Assembly (NCBI RefSeq): GCF_009914755.1
Contig: NC_060939.1
Reading direction: 5' to 3' (one strand)
DNA: 64,000 nt
Source: the human T2T-CHM13v2.0 reference genome, Homo sapiens
The position numbers and the translations under genes were made by a program. Positions 1 through 16,794 of the stretch are shown here, piece after piece; position 1 is the first letter of the stretch, and every line of letters begins with the position of its first letter. Under the pieces are notes generated by a model that did no database searches, was not told the origin of the DNA, and saw only the letters and a program-made list of their open reading frames with translations.

Positions 1-152
1 AATTATGTATGGCATACATGAGAAATAAGTCTGTACTATCCTCACAGTTTTTCTCTAAATTTGAAACAATTCTATATATAAAGTTTATTTTTGAAAACTC
101 TCTGGATGGGCTCAATGGGAGAATAGACACGACCAAGGAAAGAGTCAGTGAA

Positions 153-431
153 GATCCGCTTTCACTTAATGAATAGTAAATATATTTTCTCTTCCTTAAG
201 ATTTTCTTGATAACATTTTCTTTTCTCTAGCTTACTTTATTGTAAGAATACAGCATATAATACATACAATATACAGAATAGGTGGTAATTGACTATTTGT
301 TATCAGTAAGGCTTCTGGTCAACAGTAGGCTATGAATAGTCAAGTTTTTGGAGAGTCAAAAGTTATATGTGGATTTTTGACTACATGGAGGGATTGGTAT
401 CCCTAACCCCTACGTGTTCAAGGGTCAACTG
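153..431 (+). mobile_element. Tigger2-family DNA transposon fragment (Tigger2a-like 3' end)
   Basis: Ends in TIR ...gttcaagggtcaactg followed by TA; body resembles recalled consensus. Confidence 0.7.
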
Positions 432-497
432 TACTATAAACTGATGGAAAATAAAAATTTAAAAATACTACTTACAAAACCTACAAAAAATGTTGTA

Positions 498-649
498 CAG
501 ATGGTCCCTGACTTACAATGGTTCAATTTACAAATTTTCAACTTTTGGATGGGTCTTTTGGGGTATTAAATACATTTTCAACTTATGATTTTTTTGACCT
601 ATGATAGGTTTATTGGGACATAACCCCATCATAAGTTGAGGAGCATCAG
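498..649. mobile_element. MER47/Tigger5-type DNA transposon fragment
   Basis: TA-cagatggtccctgacttacaatgg ... cataagttgaggagcatc inverted ends. Confidence 0.55.
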
Positions 650-2643
<1,994 letters not shown>

Positions 2644-3698
2644 GCAATGACCAGGTCATCAGGTCAACCTTTAGTATAAATTCGCAAACTTTCTTGGAGA
2701 AAGAGGTCACTTAAAAAAAAAAAAGGCCCTGGTGAAGGCACAGGCTCTGAAGCAGGGTGACCTTGCATAGATGTGAGAGGAAGGGGGTGCCCCGGCCAGC
2801 GTGGCTGTGAAGAAAGGACTGGGAATGGTGGGAATCTGGATCATAGAATCCAATGGAACAAGGTGCGAGGGTCACAATGGCGTCTGTACAATGTGGACAA
2901 CGGGGCTTGAAAGGCAGCCTTTCCTACGCTTACAGATGGAGTGAGAGGTCCTAGAGGCCAGGAGATGAGTGGGGGCTGCTGCAATAACTCACAGAGCAGG
3001 AATGCTCCCACCAAGGCCATCTCAGAAAGGGGGACTCCCAAGCGACAAAGTCCCAAGGTCCTGATAGCTGATGGTGCAGGTGTGGACCTAAGAGGGGCTG
3101 GGGTGGGGAGTCTGAGTGTGAGCCCCAGAGAGGCTGTGGTGGCTTTGGCCACACTGGGGAGGAGCAGATCAGCCACAGCAAGACAGTTCCCTGCTCCATT
3201 CAAGAAGCCTGAAAGCCGGTGCAAGAAGTTTTGAGTGGGAACTTCTGCGAGGACTCAGAGCCCAGACCAGGGCAGTATATGAAGTAGCTACTCGCCACAG
3301 ACTTGGGGATTTAAACAGACAAATCCAACTGGATAAAGAAGTCCTCAGTGCCTGCAATGATCCTGAGGTGGTCAGTGCTAAATGGACCACTGCCCTGGCT
3401 CCACTGTGGAAGCACATGGGACCTCACGAGAAAGTTCTTTGATGACTTGGACAGTATGTCAGGAGAAACCAGGCTGAACTTTGTATCAATAAAGCCCAGA
3501 CATGCATTCCTTTGGTACTAAGAAATTCCAGCAAACTTTACCTCTTCCAAGGCAATAACATGCACATCCTAAACCCGAATGCGGAGGGTGAGGTCCTTCT
3601 AACAGCAGCTGCCAGGAATGTGAGTGTCTGCCAAGGGGGCCACGATAAACATGGACCACCCCAGGGGAAGGAAGCGGAGCCACTTGAAACCCACCTAC

Positions 3699-3883
3699 CT
3701 GGGAGGTGGCATTCAGGGTGATGACCTCCTCGTCGTGGTCCAGCAGTTTGCAGGCATATGCAATGTTGACAGCTGTTTCTTGTTTGTCACCAGTGAGAAC
3801 CCAAATCTGCAGGCCCGCTTGACGCAATTTAGAAATAGTTTCAGGGACTCCGTCCTGCAGGCGGTCTTCAATCCCAGTGGCAC
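3699..3883 (-). CDS. ATP10A: ATP10A coding exon 13 ([45 protein letters not shown]...NATSQ), P domain
   Basis: Acceptor gaccag|; donor CAG|gtaggt; 185 nt; TGDK motif. Confidence 0.97.
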
Positions 3884-4691
3884 CTGGTCAAATGCACAGC
3901 AGTGTGAGCGAACCCGCTTCTCACGTGCCCCCCAATCCTTCTGGGGTGCAAATGTCATGCACCAGATACACCGAAGGCAGGCACTGGTACAGCCCCTGTT
4001 GCCTGGGCCTTGCCAGGGGCTGGGCTGCCAGTTGTCTGCCATGTAGTGACAGGAAGTCCCCTGTGGAACCATTTCAGGACAGTGGTGGACGCTTTTGACA
4101 GCTCTGTCGATGTGACTCAGTCGAGTGCGTAGGAATAACTGTGAGTCACTGAGCATAATTATGTGTACTTACACCAAAGTACCTCAACTTCTTTCTAACT
4201 TGTAACTTTACAGATAACCTGAAGGCAAAGCGTATGGGAAGGTGTTGGGAATGACGATATTCGGAGGGATAAAAATATAGTCTTAAAAATTGCCCATCCC
4301 ATAGAAAGCTTCTGGTGAATGAAATTCAGAATGTCCAGTCTCAACAATGCTTATTACTAGTCACTATAGAAACAGACTTCACAGGTAAGGCCATTATTTC
4401 TTGAAACCAAGATTATCCTAAATATGCTTTTTCCACAAACATAAAGAAGTTGAGAGGCAGGTTTTGCCTTTTTGGTCTCAGTATGTTGGGAAAAATCTAC
4501 TATTGACTGCGGAAATGTGCTTAGGCCTGCCTCAGATTTTTTTTTTTTTTTTTAAGATCTGTTTACATCTTGGTGAGATGGTTTCTGTCTTCCCCACTCT
4601 GGAAGTGAGCTGCAGCCCTGGTCCCTAGGTTCGAGCCCTGACTGAGGCTCCTTTACTGCGCTACACCATGCTGTGCCCTGTGCTGGGATGC

Positions 4692-5373
<682 letters not shown>

Positions 5374-6940
5374 ACCCTTACCCCTTCTTCTAGAATGATG
5401 GGATGGCAGGCATGGGGAGGGGAAGGTAGAACTGAGGTACAGTAAACACACAAGTGTACATTTCTTAAATATTCCTTTGATACACTTTCACAAGTCACAT
5501 ACCAGTGTCACCAGCCCTGAACTTAGGGGGCAGAACATCACCAGCACCCCAGAAGACCCCCTCAGGGGCAAGTGGCTGATCTGCTGTCTTCCAGCTCAGG
5601 TAGCCTGGGCCTAGCTCCCATGTCGGGGATGTACTGGAAGGTGATGTGGGAACTTGGGGAGGGCCCAGAAAGGAGGAGGGAACATTGCACCCATGCTGCA
5701 CACTGCTCTGAACCTTATAACCTGAGTACCCTGGGAAGACCACACAGCGTGTGGAGCTTAAGACCTGCTCAGGAAGAAAGCCAGGTCACGCTCTGTGCTC
5801 CCCGTGAGCACATCCCCAGCCACCCGGGCACCGGGAGGGCATCTGACCTTAGCTTTGCTCCTCTACCCTGGCCCTTGGGCTCTAGTAGGGGGGCAGACTG
5901 TGTGTGGCCCGTGTCCCTGGCTCATCCTGAGTGTCACTTGTACTATGACAGGTTCCTTGATGTCTGGGGAAGACAGGGATGGTCTTGCCTTCCTCTGTGT
6001 GTTCATAGTAATTCATTCATACTTAATGATAGTAATAATGATTATAGAGTAAGACTAATAATGGCTAACCTTGATGGATTACTGACAATTTGCCAGGATA
6101 ACGCTTCCACTACAGTGCTTGAAACATAACCCAAGCAGTTGCCCACTCTTCTCTAAATGGCAACTTCCTGCCTCAAGGACCTTGTGCCTCCCACCTTTGT
6201 ATCCCAGCTGCTGAGCTAAAGTCCCTCAGTCAAATGTCTGCCAAGAAAGAAAGCAGGGAAGGCCTTGCCGGAAACTCCAGTACGGAGGGTGTCTGCTGTT
6301 TCACAGGGAAAAGTTAACACCTTGAAAACAGAACCTCCTTAGTTCAGGAGCTATTTGGTCAAACTCATGGGCCTCCCACTGGGTCACCCCACCAACACTC
6401 ACCTTTATAAGGTGTGAGCCTGAGTCAGGTGCAGAATAGCATTGAACTGAAAAAGGAGTTATGGGAGGGACCCCCACCTCGGCATGAAACATGGCAGAGG
6501 AAAGAGTACCTGCAGGCAGCAGCCTTTCAAGATGATTTGGGGCACAGCGGCTTTCTTCAGCTTTCCAAGGTACTTGTTTGTGATATAATTTATGTGACTC
6601 TGAGTAAATGCCACTGTCTTTACGACCTGACCCTCTGGAAGGCCTGGCATTTCTGAGTATCATAACTCAGGAGTTGGTGGTGTGCAGAGCCCAGCGTCAC
6701 TGTGCTTGGTGCCACACAGCTTTGAATGGGAGGGGAAAGGATTTCACCAACGAGGAAGTTTTAGACATTTAGAGAAACTAGCAAGGACGCCGGGGAAAAT
6801 GAGCAAGAGTATCCTTTGAATTTAGGTTCCTGCCCAGAGCATTAAGGAAAAGAAAATTTCAAGAGCATGGAGAGAACGGAGATCCTTTCTGCTGAAGATA
6901 GTTATGTATGGTTCTCTGATGCTATTTAAGATAAGCACCT

Positions 6941-7259
6941 GGGCCTGGTGCAGGGGCACACGCCTGTAATCCCAGCACTTAGACAGACTGAGGCAGGAGG
7001 ATCACGTTAAACCAGGAGTTTGAGACAAGCCTGAGTGAGACCCTGTCTCTACCAAAAAAAAGTAAAAATTTATCTGGGCCTGGTGGCACACGCCTGTGGT
7101 CCCAGCTACTCAGGAGGCTGAGGCGGGAGGATCACTAGAGCCCAGAAATTTGAGCTCACAATGTGCTGTGATCGCACCATTGCACTCCAGCCCAGGTGAC
7201 AGAGTGAGACTCTGTCTCAAAGCAAAAAAAAAAAAACAAAAAAAAAAAACAAAAAAAAA
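6941..7259 (+). mobile_element. Alu (AluJ-like)
   Basis: Dimer, long A tail, flanking aagcacct duplication. Confidence 0.9.
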
Positions 7260-9759
7260 GCACCTTCATGAAAAGATTTGGCTTTGGAATAGTAAAAATA
7301 TAAGTGGCTGGCTTCACTTTTCTTAATGAAGCTGAGGAGCTGGAACACAGTGCCCGCGTTTGAGCCATGTGAACGCTAAGGTGGTGGGTGGCTCCCATAC
7401 TCTCCAGCTCAGGCCTCGTCATTTGAAACATAAACATATCAGGTAGCAGGAGATGGTAAGTGGTTAACAACCGGTCTGTGGGAGGAAGGTCGATTTACTG
7501 CATTTGCTCATTTCTGTGGTATAAATACTCCCACCTTGGCTGACTTCAATCTACTAACATAGCATCAAAAGGCGACGTGAGATTCCTGAACATTTATGTG
7601 GGCTACTGCAAAATTCTTCAAAATGTATCCATGAGCTCTGCCAGGAGGCGTGAGCAGGCTCCAGTGCACGGCTGGCACCCATGTGGGCAACCCAGGAGTT
7701 CCATCGCTGACACATCTCAGAGCCATCCTCACGTGCACCTGGAGGGAAGGAATCCACCTGAGGATGACAGCGGGATGTGGTGGAATCAGTTTGGAGAAAC
7801 GCTGATGACCGGGATCCCGACTCCAATCAGAGGAAGTGGAACAGGGGATCGGTAGACAACTCTGATTTTAGATCTTCACACAGTTGCCCAAGTAAAAATT
7901 ATAGAATCCAAGCAAGGAATCCCTGTGAAAAAGGCCTAAGAAGATGACTGGAACTCAAGTTAACCATGAGCCTCGGGTGCCGCAGGGGCCGTTAACAACT
8001 TAGGATATGTTAACAGAGCTGCAGCATCCGGGCCAAGAGAGGTGACCGATGCACGATCACCAGAGAAAGCCTGCAGAGGAGAGGCCAGCTGGGTGGAAAC
8101 GGTGTGGAAGCACCAACCAGGAGACTCACCACACAACCGCTCAGTGCCAGGCCCTGTGCCTGCGCCACGCTCAGTGCCCCCCGTCATCCCTTCCTTTCAC
8201 CCTCACAAGAGCCCAAAACACTGGGATTACCACAGAGCGGAACTTGGATGCAAAAAGGATTGAGCCACTTGCCCCAGGCTGTCCGATCAGCCTGCATGAC
8301 CAGCCCGCATGACCAGCTTGCAGTGGCAGAGCAGGGCTGGACAACTGAGTCAGGGCTCCTGGGCTCTGAGAGCAGGGAAGATGGAGAAGGGGCAGCCTGG
8401 GACTCACAGCCATGTCCCCAAATAGTCAAGGTTTCATCATGTGGAAAAGGGAGGAGATTCTGTCTGCATTACTCCAGGGGGCGGAACCAGCAAGCACTGT
8501 GAAATGGCACCGGAGGGCCAATTTCACTCCATTTGAGAAGTTAGTGCTGTCCAGGGGAAAAGCTGCTCCCTGGGGAAGGTGCCCCACAGTGAAGGGTTAA
8601 AAACAAGCCTGGTCAATGAGGCTGGGCGGGCACGTCTGGGACAACCAGCAGATGCCTCCTACCCCACAGGCCTGCACAATACTGTCTTCCGGGGAAGCCC
8701 AATCAGTCCAGACGACAGCAGCCCTGCTTTAGTAAGCCAAAACTTCAGGGCCTAAAACAGGCACAGCCATTTCTCAGGTGTTCCATTTAATTCACATCCA
8801 GGGCTGCCACTCATGGTGCCACTGGGCCCCTGGATCCCGGGGCTTTCCAAGTAATGTGTGGCCTCCTATAAGATTCTGTGGGCAAACAATATATAAAATG
8901 TGTGCAGATATATGTTATGCCTAGTGTACATTATGCTATTAAATGCAAACCTTAACTATGTATTATACTAGAAATGTAGATGTAAATATATAGCTATCCC
9001 AACTCCTCTGCCCAGAAAAAGAGGGCAAGTGAACACCGCCTTTTTGTGTTAAGTGAAGATGACCTGCCCAGGGCTTTGTGCTCGAGAAGTACCACCTGAC
9101 TCACAGCACCCGAGATGGAGGTGGGGGTGGACCATCCTCAACACCAGCTCTTCAAGGACACACAGAGCATGTATACAATGACTTGGCTATTTAATGAATG
9201 CTTTAATAAATAGGAAAATAAATATTTTAAGTATTAAAGTAAGCATTAACATAATAAATACCTTCATTTATCACTAATACTAGTTAGCATTTATTAAGTA
9301 CCAAGATGAACACAGCTGGAAATGTGGACATATTTCAGTAAAAATGAGCCCATTTTCTTTTCATTCACCTCGAATCTGTGAAACATTCCTAAGATGCAAA
9401 ATGCAGCAGTTTCTGGGTCCCAAAAGTTTCCCTGTTTCCCGAGGGGAAAATCCTTTCAACTCCCAACTGTCAGAAATCTCACTCCTTGGCTCTATTTTTG
9501 GTGGGAAACCAGGTTAAGGGGAAGCGTGGCAGCTGCTGTCTTGGGGTGCCTGGGGGGCAGCACGTGCACCTCACAGAAATGAGACTAGGAGAAGATTCAG
9601 GCAAGCACCCTCCCGCCTCGGCTGTGCCAGCGTCCTGCCAGGTGGCTCCCTAACCAAGGCCAGCCTGCGGAGCAGCCGCTGACAAGAGCACTCACCCCTC
9701 CAGGACCGTCCCTGCAAACTCCACACTGCCCTTAGGCATGCGACTCTCAAGTTAATTAC

Positions 9760-9886
9760 CTAACAAGTGCAGGTTGGTCTCCAGGCGAATGGCAGACTGG
9801 AAGAGGAGCTCCTCGCTGTTTTCCAGGGAGGATTCGGCTTCTAGGTGGCTTTGCAACCAGCAGGCATACTCTTCTTTACTCAGAAC
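9760..9886 (-). CDS. ATP10A: ATP10A coding exon 12 ([42 protein letters not shown])
   Basis: Acceptor ccatag|; donor TAG|gtaatt; 127 nt; preceded by a 94-nt intron (9887-9980). Confidence 0.95.
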
Positions 9887-9980
9887 CTATGGGAGATACA
9901 TTGTTGAGTGCTGCACCGGGCGCTGCTCACTGTGGGGCGGCCACCTGCACGTGCACCCTCGCGGAGACACCCCCACTCAC

Positions 9981-10084
9981 TCTCTTGGCGATGCACAAGG
10001 TGCGCAGGCCTTCCGCCGCATACACGTTGAGGTAATTCTGAGTTTTGCTCCGAATCTTTTTTTGATGCCTCCCTCTGGCGTCAA
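9981..10084 (-). CDS. ATP10A: ATP10A coding exon 11 ([34 protein letters not shown])
   Basis: Acceptor acctag|; donor AGA|gtgagt; 104 nt; EGLRTL motif. Confidence 0.96.
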
Positions 10085-10274
10085 CTAGGTTGGAGAATAA
10101 GCAGAAACATGGGTAAGAACTGGCGCCTGTGGAATGGTCTTCAGACACTCCGAGATTTACCCCACGTCTGTTCGTTACTTGCGAATAGAGCACAAATTTT
10201 CATATAGAATTCAAAGCAAAAATGAGCTGTTATGTTTTAAAAAAGAGTCTCATCAATATGCAAATGTTTGACTG

Positions 10275-10408
10275 TTTTATTTTATTTTTTTATAGAGACA
10301 GGGTTTTGCCACGTTGCCCAGGCTGGTCACGAACTCCTGGACTCAAATCATCCACCCGCCTCGGCCTCCGAAAGTACTGGGATTACAGATGTGAGCCACT
10401 GCGCCCTG
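10275..10408 (-). mobile_element. Alu left monomer/FLAM
   Basis: tagagacagggttttgccacgttgcccaggctgg...gtgagccactgcgcc. Confidence 0.8.
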
Positions 10409-10595
10409 CTGATGTTTGGCTGTTTTTAACATCCTTTGTTGAAATAAGCTCATGAAAATAAAAACTACATCAAAAGTCATTTGGCATCCTTTTGCCCAGC
10501 CTATTAAATGGAGGCTCACGTTCTTCCTGTTAATGAAAATTCTTACTTAATGGGAAGTGCACTTTCTATCCTCAGAAGAGTAGGATCCTTACAAG

Positions 10596-10732
10596 TAGCA
10601 TTGCCAGATACAACAAACGATGTCTAAATATGGCATAGGACATACTTTTACTTAAAAAAGGATTTGTTTGTCTGAAATTCAAGTTTAACTGGACATTCTA
10701 TATATACAGTTTGTGAAATCTGGCAACACTAC
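10596..10732. mobile_element. MER33-like hAT fragment
   Basis: Inverted ends ttgccagat ... atctggcaa; internal ctgaaattcaagtttaactgg. Confidence 0.5.
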
Positions 10733-13700
10733 TGACCAGTCATGAGGCCCGTGGCCCAGGAAGGATTATCTACTAATCTAAGTCCACCACCTGAAAGAGG
10801 ACCCGGTAAGAGACCCTTTTACATGCCTGACCGTGCTGCATTCTCCACAGGGGTGACAGAGCCCTCAAGGGAGTGATCACTGGTTCTTGGAGGTGGAAAA
10901 ATCTTACTCTTTTCTAAACAAAGTCTAAGTACACATATAGAACATAAACAGATACACAGCATATCTATGTTATTAAAAGGCCAGGAGGGGACAATTGAAA
11001 AAGAAGTCAGAAAAGACTCTTTATGGAGTTGATAATGGGGAAGAAAAACAGTTGCCCTAGAATCCTTTGCTTTAGGTATTTACATTTCCCGAAAGGATGA
11101 TGCTCAAACTCATCTTTGTATTCCTGGTATCGTGGTAACACTCTTAGAAGATGCAGATAACCTTTTCCCAGAATCAGATTGTTCCTCGAGCAAAGCCGTG
11201 CCTAACTGAGGGGTTTTGGAATTGAAATACTCTTGATAAAGCTGTCCCATTGTCCTGAGAGGTGACATGTGGCGTGCACTGGGACGTGCGGTGGTACCGG
11301 GTGTGACACTGAGATTAACCACTCTCCAAAACAAAATGAACCGAGCCCAGGGAGGGAGGATGGGCCACTCGGGACCCTGGGTGCCCCAGACGAGGAGACG
11401 GCCCCACAGGTGTCTGCTTCTCAGGTGGACAATGGGGTGTTTCTTTGCAGGGCCATCTGCACAGAGCCTAGTGACAGGGAGCACCTGGCCCTGCCAGGCA
11501 GAAGTGGCTGAGCCCGTTGTCCTCTCCTGCAGACATGGACACACACCTGTGCCCCTTCTGGCGAGATCTGCCCCTCGTTCTTGGGTGACTTTTCCCTTAC
11601 ATGTCCTGCCGCACCTACCACTGGGCAGTCACTGCGGAATACCGAGGCTGGGCTTTGGAGGGTGGGGCCCTTGTGGAGGCTGGAATCGGTCTACACTCTG
11701 ATGGGGGGTAGGAGAGGATGGGAAGAACTCAAGCTCCAAGGAGACCATCACCGAGGAGCTGGGGGAACCTCCGAAGGAGAATGTACTGGGGAACAGAGTG
11801 TGGATCCCTAGAGGCATTCAGTCAGCCCTGCTCTTCTCCACTTGCTGAAGTGATGCTGGGGGTGGCTGATTTCGAGCTGAAGGCATGGCAATTTTCACAC
11901 TGCATTTTAGGCAACGGTCATGCAATATTAGCCCCTTCTTTCTGATGTTCCACAGCCACCCAAGTCCTGTGTGTCTTGTCTCCCTATGGTGACAGGAGGA
12001 ATTCTGTGCCTGGAACTCAGCTCCTCGGGTGAGGAGTGACACCACCTGAGGGAGTGGGACCAGTGCTGCCCGGCGCCCCCTGCTGGGCAGGGACAGTCGA
12101 GAGCTCTGTGCTGCAGGACGCTGAGGCTGCATCTGGGTCGGGGCAGGAGCAGGAGGCTAAGGGGCACAGCTCCAGGTGCAGTCTGCGAAGATGACTCCAG
12201 TGCCCACTGACCCCAGACACAGCAGGGCCGAGACAGCTGCACCTGACAGTGGGCTGCACCTGATGTTCCCACCAGGAGACAGCTGGCGAGTGGTGCTTGC
12301 AGACCCACAGAGAGGCCCTCAGAGGGATGAGGGTAGCCTCTCTTCATGATTTTACCACGTGCTTTAAAATTGCTCCAAGTGATATTTCCATTTCTTCTAA
12401 GCTTTACAAGCGATATTTCCCCAATAAGGAGTTATCTTATTAAAATGGCAAACTAACGTGCAGTCCCTGCTTGTACATGCATGTACTCATCATGCAAAAA
12501 ACATATACTGATTACTGCATGGTATCAATGTGTGAGGCCCACGCTAGGCAGTGGGCTACGGCCATCTCTCTGTCCTTGCTCTGGGAGAAGGCAGAGTGGC
12601 CTGAGGTTTACACCTTAAAGACCACTCCAAGTAGCAACGCCACCAAAGCATAAGCAAGTGGATCTTAACAAGAAGGAGCCAGAGACTTGGGAAAGGTACC
12701 GAGTGGACGCTGGACATCAATGTAACAGCAGGCACTGAGCTAGGGGCTCATGTGGGGACTTCCCGTGAGAGGCAGGCACTGTGATTTCCTTTGTAGATGG
12801 GAAACTGAGGCACAGAGTGAGTGACTCGTCCAGGGTCATCCCAGCCGTAAGTGTAGACCTGGGATTTGAACAGAGATCTGTGAGAATGGGTTGGGGTGGA
12901 GTCCCTGCTTGTTGCCTGACACCACACCTGCCAGGGCAGGTGAGCCATGGCCCCATCCTGCTGATATCATACAGTCACATCCACTATCTGCTCAGCCAAC
13001 TCGGGCCTCTTCTGGTGAAAGTGTTTCGAGCCCTCTGAAGAGGGCATCAGATTAAGTCTGGAGTGGGACACCTCTGTGCCCTCCTCAGTTTGTCACCTAC
13101 ACACAGGTAGTAAGTTGATTTACACAGGCAGAGCGATTCCCAGGCACAGTGAGCCCTCTGCAATGAGTCTGCACCTATCCACACCCCTCCACCGCTCCCC
13201 AAGTAAAAGGCGAATGATCTGTGCATAAGGGCAGGCGGTCACAGGTGGGTAACTTCGAGGGGACTCCAGGGCCCTCCTGTAGTCGTTCTCTTGGGAAACT
13301 GCTGGGGTCTCTGAACTTCCTGAACCTTAACCTGCCCAGTGTTGACACGTAGATCTTCCCTATCCAAAGCTGACTTCATGCACTGCTTGGAAATTCCCAG
13401 AGGAAGGCGGAGATCAACACAAGCCCTTGATTAACTTTTCCTATCAATGTCATGGTTTTGATAAGGTGAGAGTTGAGACAATGTCATTACCTGGCCCTTC
13501 CATGATGCCATGGATTTGAGGTTCTTTTTCTTATCTGCAGTTACCTGGTTATGGGAAGCTCCCTTCCTGAGACCCAGAGCAAAGCCACGCTGACGATGCC
13601 AGGTCTGAGAGGCTCCCCGGCCTGGGCAGGGGCTCCCCTACCCCGACTGTGAGTTTGATTTTGAGTCGGAGGAGAGCATTGTGGATTGTCTTGTAACCGG

Positions 13701-15463
13701 CATCAGGTGCCTTCCCAACTTGCAGACAAACGAGGAAATCCCTGGCTCACTCAGGGGCCTCTGGAGGCCAGGCCACCACTGTTCCTTTTGCCATGGCCCT
13801 CGGCACCTGCTAGTGAACAGGCAGGGGGGCCCTGCCTCTTGATAATGCTCTATCCACTCTGGGAAGGTACCAGAAAAGCAGGAGTAGGAGAGTGAGCAGG
13901 TCGTGACGCTAAATTCATTCAATTGAAAGGCATCCAGTTTTCTGGGATATCCTTGGTAATTTTTTGGGGGGGACGGGGTGGAGTGTGAAATGTGGTCCTT
14001 CTTTTATGAAATAATGGCTGATGGTATTAGTGAGACTTAGTGACAGCAGTTCTTTTTGTGTGTGTTCTGCTTTTGAGGTTTTTACTCATGTAAAAAAATA
14101 TGTTGCCAGCAAAGACAAGCCCGGCAAGTGCTGCGGCCTTCCTTGCACAGCTCACAGGGCTCCCTGCTCTACAGGACTGGACAGGCCTCGCCTGCCAGCG
14201 CTGGGCAGCCCCCACATGCCAGGGCCACTCCATGCCTTCCCCTTAGACATCACCCGTCATGCTGTGAAATCTGAAGCCCAGGACCCCTTATGTTGTCTTG
14301 AACCCAAGGCTGTGGAATAAGAGAGATTTTTTTTTGCTGTAGAATGAAATCACTCAGATAATTGCCCTATTTATGTTTTTCTTTTGTGTGGATGTAAACA
14401 AGAATCGATTTTCAGAAGAAGCTTCCTAGAACTCAAACTGTGTCCATGAATTGGATTCTTTGCTGACTCCAAGGCAGAGCCACTGCAGTGGGAGAAAGGG
14501 AAGATCTCGCCCCGCGGTGGTCATCATCATGGAAGGTCATCCAAACTCCTCTCAGAGACACATTTGCAGATTTAGCTCAGCTGCCTTTTGGAGGTCACAG
14601 CTCTGTGATGGGGACATGGATTTCCTGTATGAAGCTCTTCCTCCCATCCAATTCTCCATCATGAGTGGTCCTGGGCTTCTGTGCCAGGGGTCCTCTCCTG
14701 AGGCACTGAGATGCTGGCAAGAAAGGCCAGTGGGAGGTAAAGTACTCCCTAGCTCCAACTCGGAGCTCCAGAAGGGAGCAACCGGCTTATAGCATTTCCC
14801 AGCAGCTGCTGCCCAGAGGTACTTCCAAGGTGCAGCAAATAGGAAGCCCGTGGCAGGCAGTAGAGCCTCAGCAGGGCCCCTAGGCTCCTGCAGCATCCTC
14901 ACCTCCACCCAGTTCAGTTCCCTGGAGGTGAGGCTGCACTCCTCCGTCCTCTGAGCACAGAGGGAGAGGTGGGTGGCCAGGTTCCCTTTATGAGGGGGGC
15001 TCGGCCCTTCCCCTCCCAAGTGCCAGAACAGAGGGCAGTGGGGGAGGCCAGCATCCCTTACTTCCTGGGCCCCCACTGTGGCCCAAGGCAGCCCCATAAA
15101 CTGTGGCCTGGATCTCTCTGCTGCACCAGGTCCACAGGGCAGGAAGAACTTTCTAGAGCTACTAGTCTAGATTCTCAACCTTCATTGTTCAAATTTAAAA
15201 CGTGACACTCTTCAAGTATCCTCTGACCCCCCAGTTCTTGGAGGTGGGGGTGTGCAGGCATGGAAGTCCCCTGAATACTTCCTAGTCCAAACCCTTCAAA
15301 CAGGCAAACACTGATCTGAAGAAACCATGCAATTCTCCAATGGGCATTTCTGTTGGAAAAGGATTAATGAAAATCACTTTACTCAAGAGAAGGAATTGGG
15401 TGGGGATATTTCTCAGGACCTCCTCCCCCGAGCTGGGGTGCAGCTGGGCAGGGGTGGGAGTAC

Positions 15464-16031
15464 CTGAAGAGCAGGGCTGCAGGAGATCCATGACCACTGA
15501 GTCGGCCCCCTTGGTGTAGACGTTGATCTCATCGGTAAGCGGGTGCCGGATCACCACTGACATCCTCTTGCGGACGGAATCGAAACCCAGTGTGTGCAGG
15601 AGCTCGAAGGTGAGCCTGCCCAGGTGGGGCAGCTCCACTGACACTTGGTCGTGCAGCCGCTCCACAAGCACGCAGTTGTAGGCTCTGGCCGCATACACCA
15701 GTGCGGCCTCATCCGGGCTCTCCGCCTCGTACCGCAGCTCGCGCTCTGACTCCTGCTCCTGAGCAAGCTCCGAGGCCCAGTTGTCCGCCTGGCTGCTGTA
15801 GCCGTTGCTGGCGATGGCCGAGGTGGGCTGGCCCAGCCTCTCCTCCAGCCTGAGAAGCATGCCGTCGCTGGACGGGGTGGACGGGAAGCTGGAGCCCAAC
15901 TTGTGGCTGGACTTGTTGGCGGCCAGGCTCCCGATGCTGCTGCAGCCTGAGGTCAGGCAGCTGGGTGTGAACCTCCGCAGGAAGTCTTCTATCGTCTTCA
16001 CCGGGGACTTCAGCTCAAACCTCACCCTCAC
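15464..16031 (-). CDS. ATP10A: ATP10A coding exon 10 ([10 protein letters not shown]...[15 protein letters not shown]...[10 protein letters not shown]...YTKGADSV...PCSS), N domain
   Basis: Acceptor ttgcag|; donor CAG|gtactc; 568 nt; [14 protein letters not shown] and KGADS motifs. Confidence 0.98.
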
Positions 16032-16747
16032 CTGCAAGAGAAATGGTCAGAAGGCAGGTGAGGGAACTGCTATGTCCCCCAGAGGCCCCACCCTGGTTCC
16101 CACAGGATGCTCCAGGCACTTGGAGGAACAATGACCTCGCTTCCCCACTGGGGTCTCAGAGCACAGATTTCCCATTTCCCAGATTTCAGGCATGCATTGA
16201 AATTGCAAGCAGAATAGTGTCGCAATAAACATGTTGTGCACATGTATCATAAAACTTCTTAAAGTATAATAATAATAATAAAAAAAGAAATTGCAAGCAG
16301 AGACAGTACTCCTTCCTTGAGATCGTCCGCTGGCCTCTTCCACTTCTCTTAAACAAAGGTTATGCAAGATTCTTTCAGAACGTGATTGCCGAGGGCCCAT
16401 CAGTGAGGCCTGGATGTATGCAGGGGAGTTGCAGCTGGTGGCATCTGCAGGCTTCTTTTGGGGCTGTCCCTGCACTACAGTGTCCCCTTGCTTTGCAAAA
16501 AAACAGCTCAGGGGAGCAGGCTCACCATTGCCTGGCACAAAACTGGGCATTTTTTTTCCAATTAAAAAGTCACTTAACAAACCATCAGTTTATACTTCCT
16601 TTGAATTATGTCTATAAAAATTTAATATACAAATCACATTTCCAGTCCCCAAATAATCCTTCTAAGCGCATTAAATACACTGACAAATTGAGGATCCCAA
16701 ACATTGAAACAATATTTTAACCACCACAGTAAGAAACAAAATGAATG

Positions 16748-16753
<6 letters not shown>

Positions 16754-16792
<39 letters not shown>
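16754..16792 (+). repeat. (CA)n microsatellite, about 19 units, intron 9
   Basis: Read directly. Confidence 0.97.

Positions 16793-16794
<2 letters not shown>

Noticed and set aside
15282-15463. Open frame continuing past the exon 10 donor into intron 10
   Set aside because: No P4-ATPase similarity after PCSS; consistent with chance read-through.
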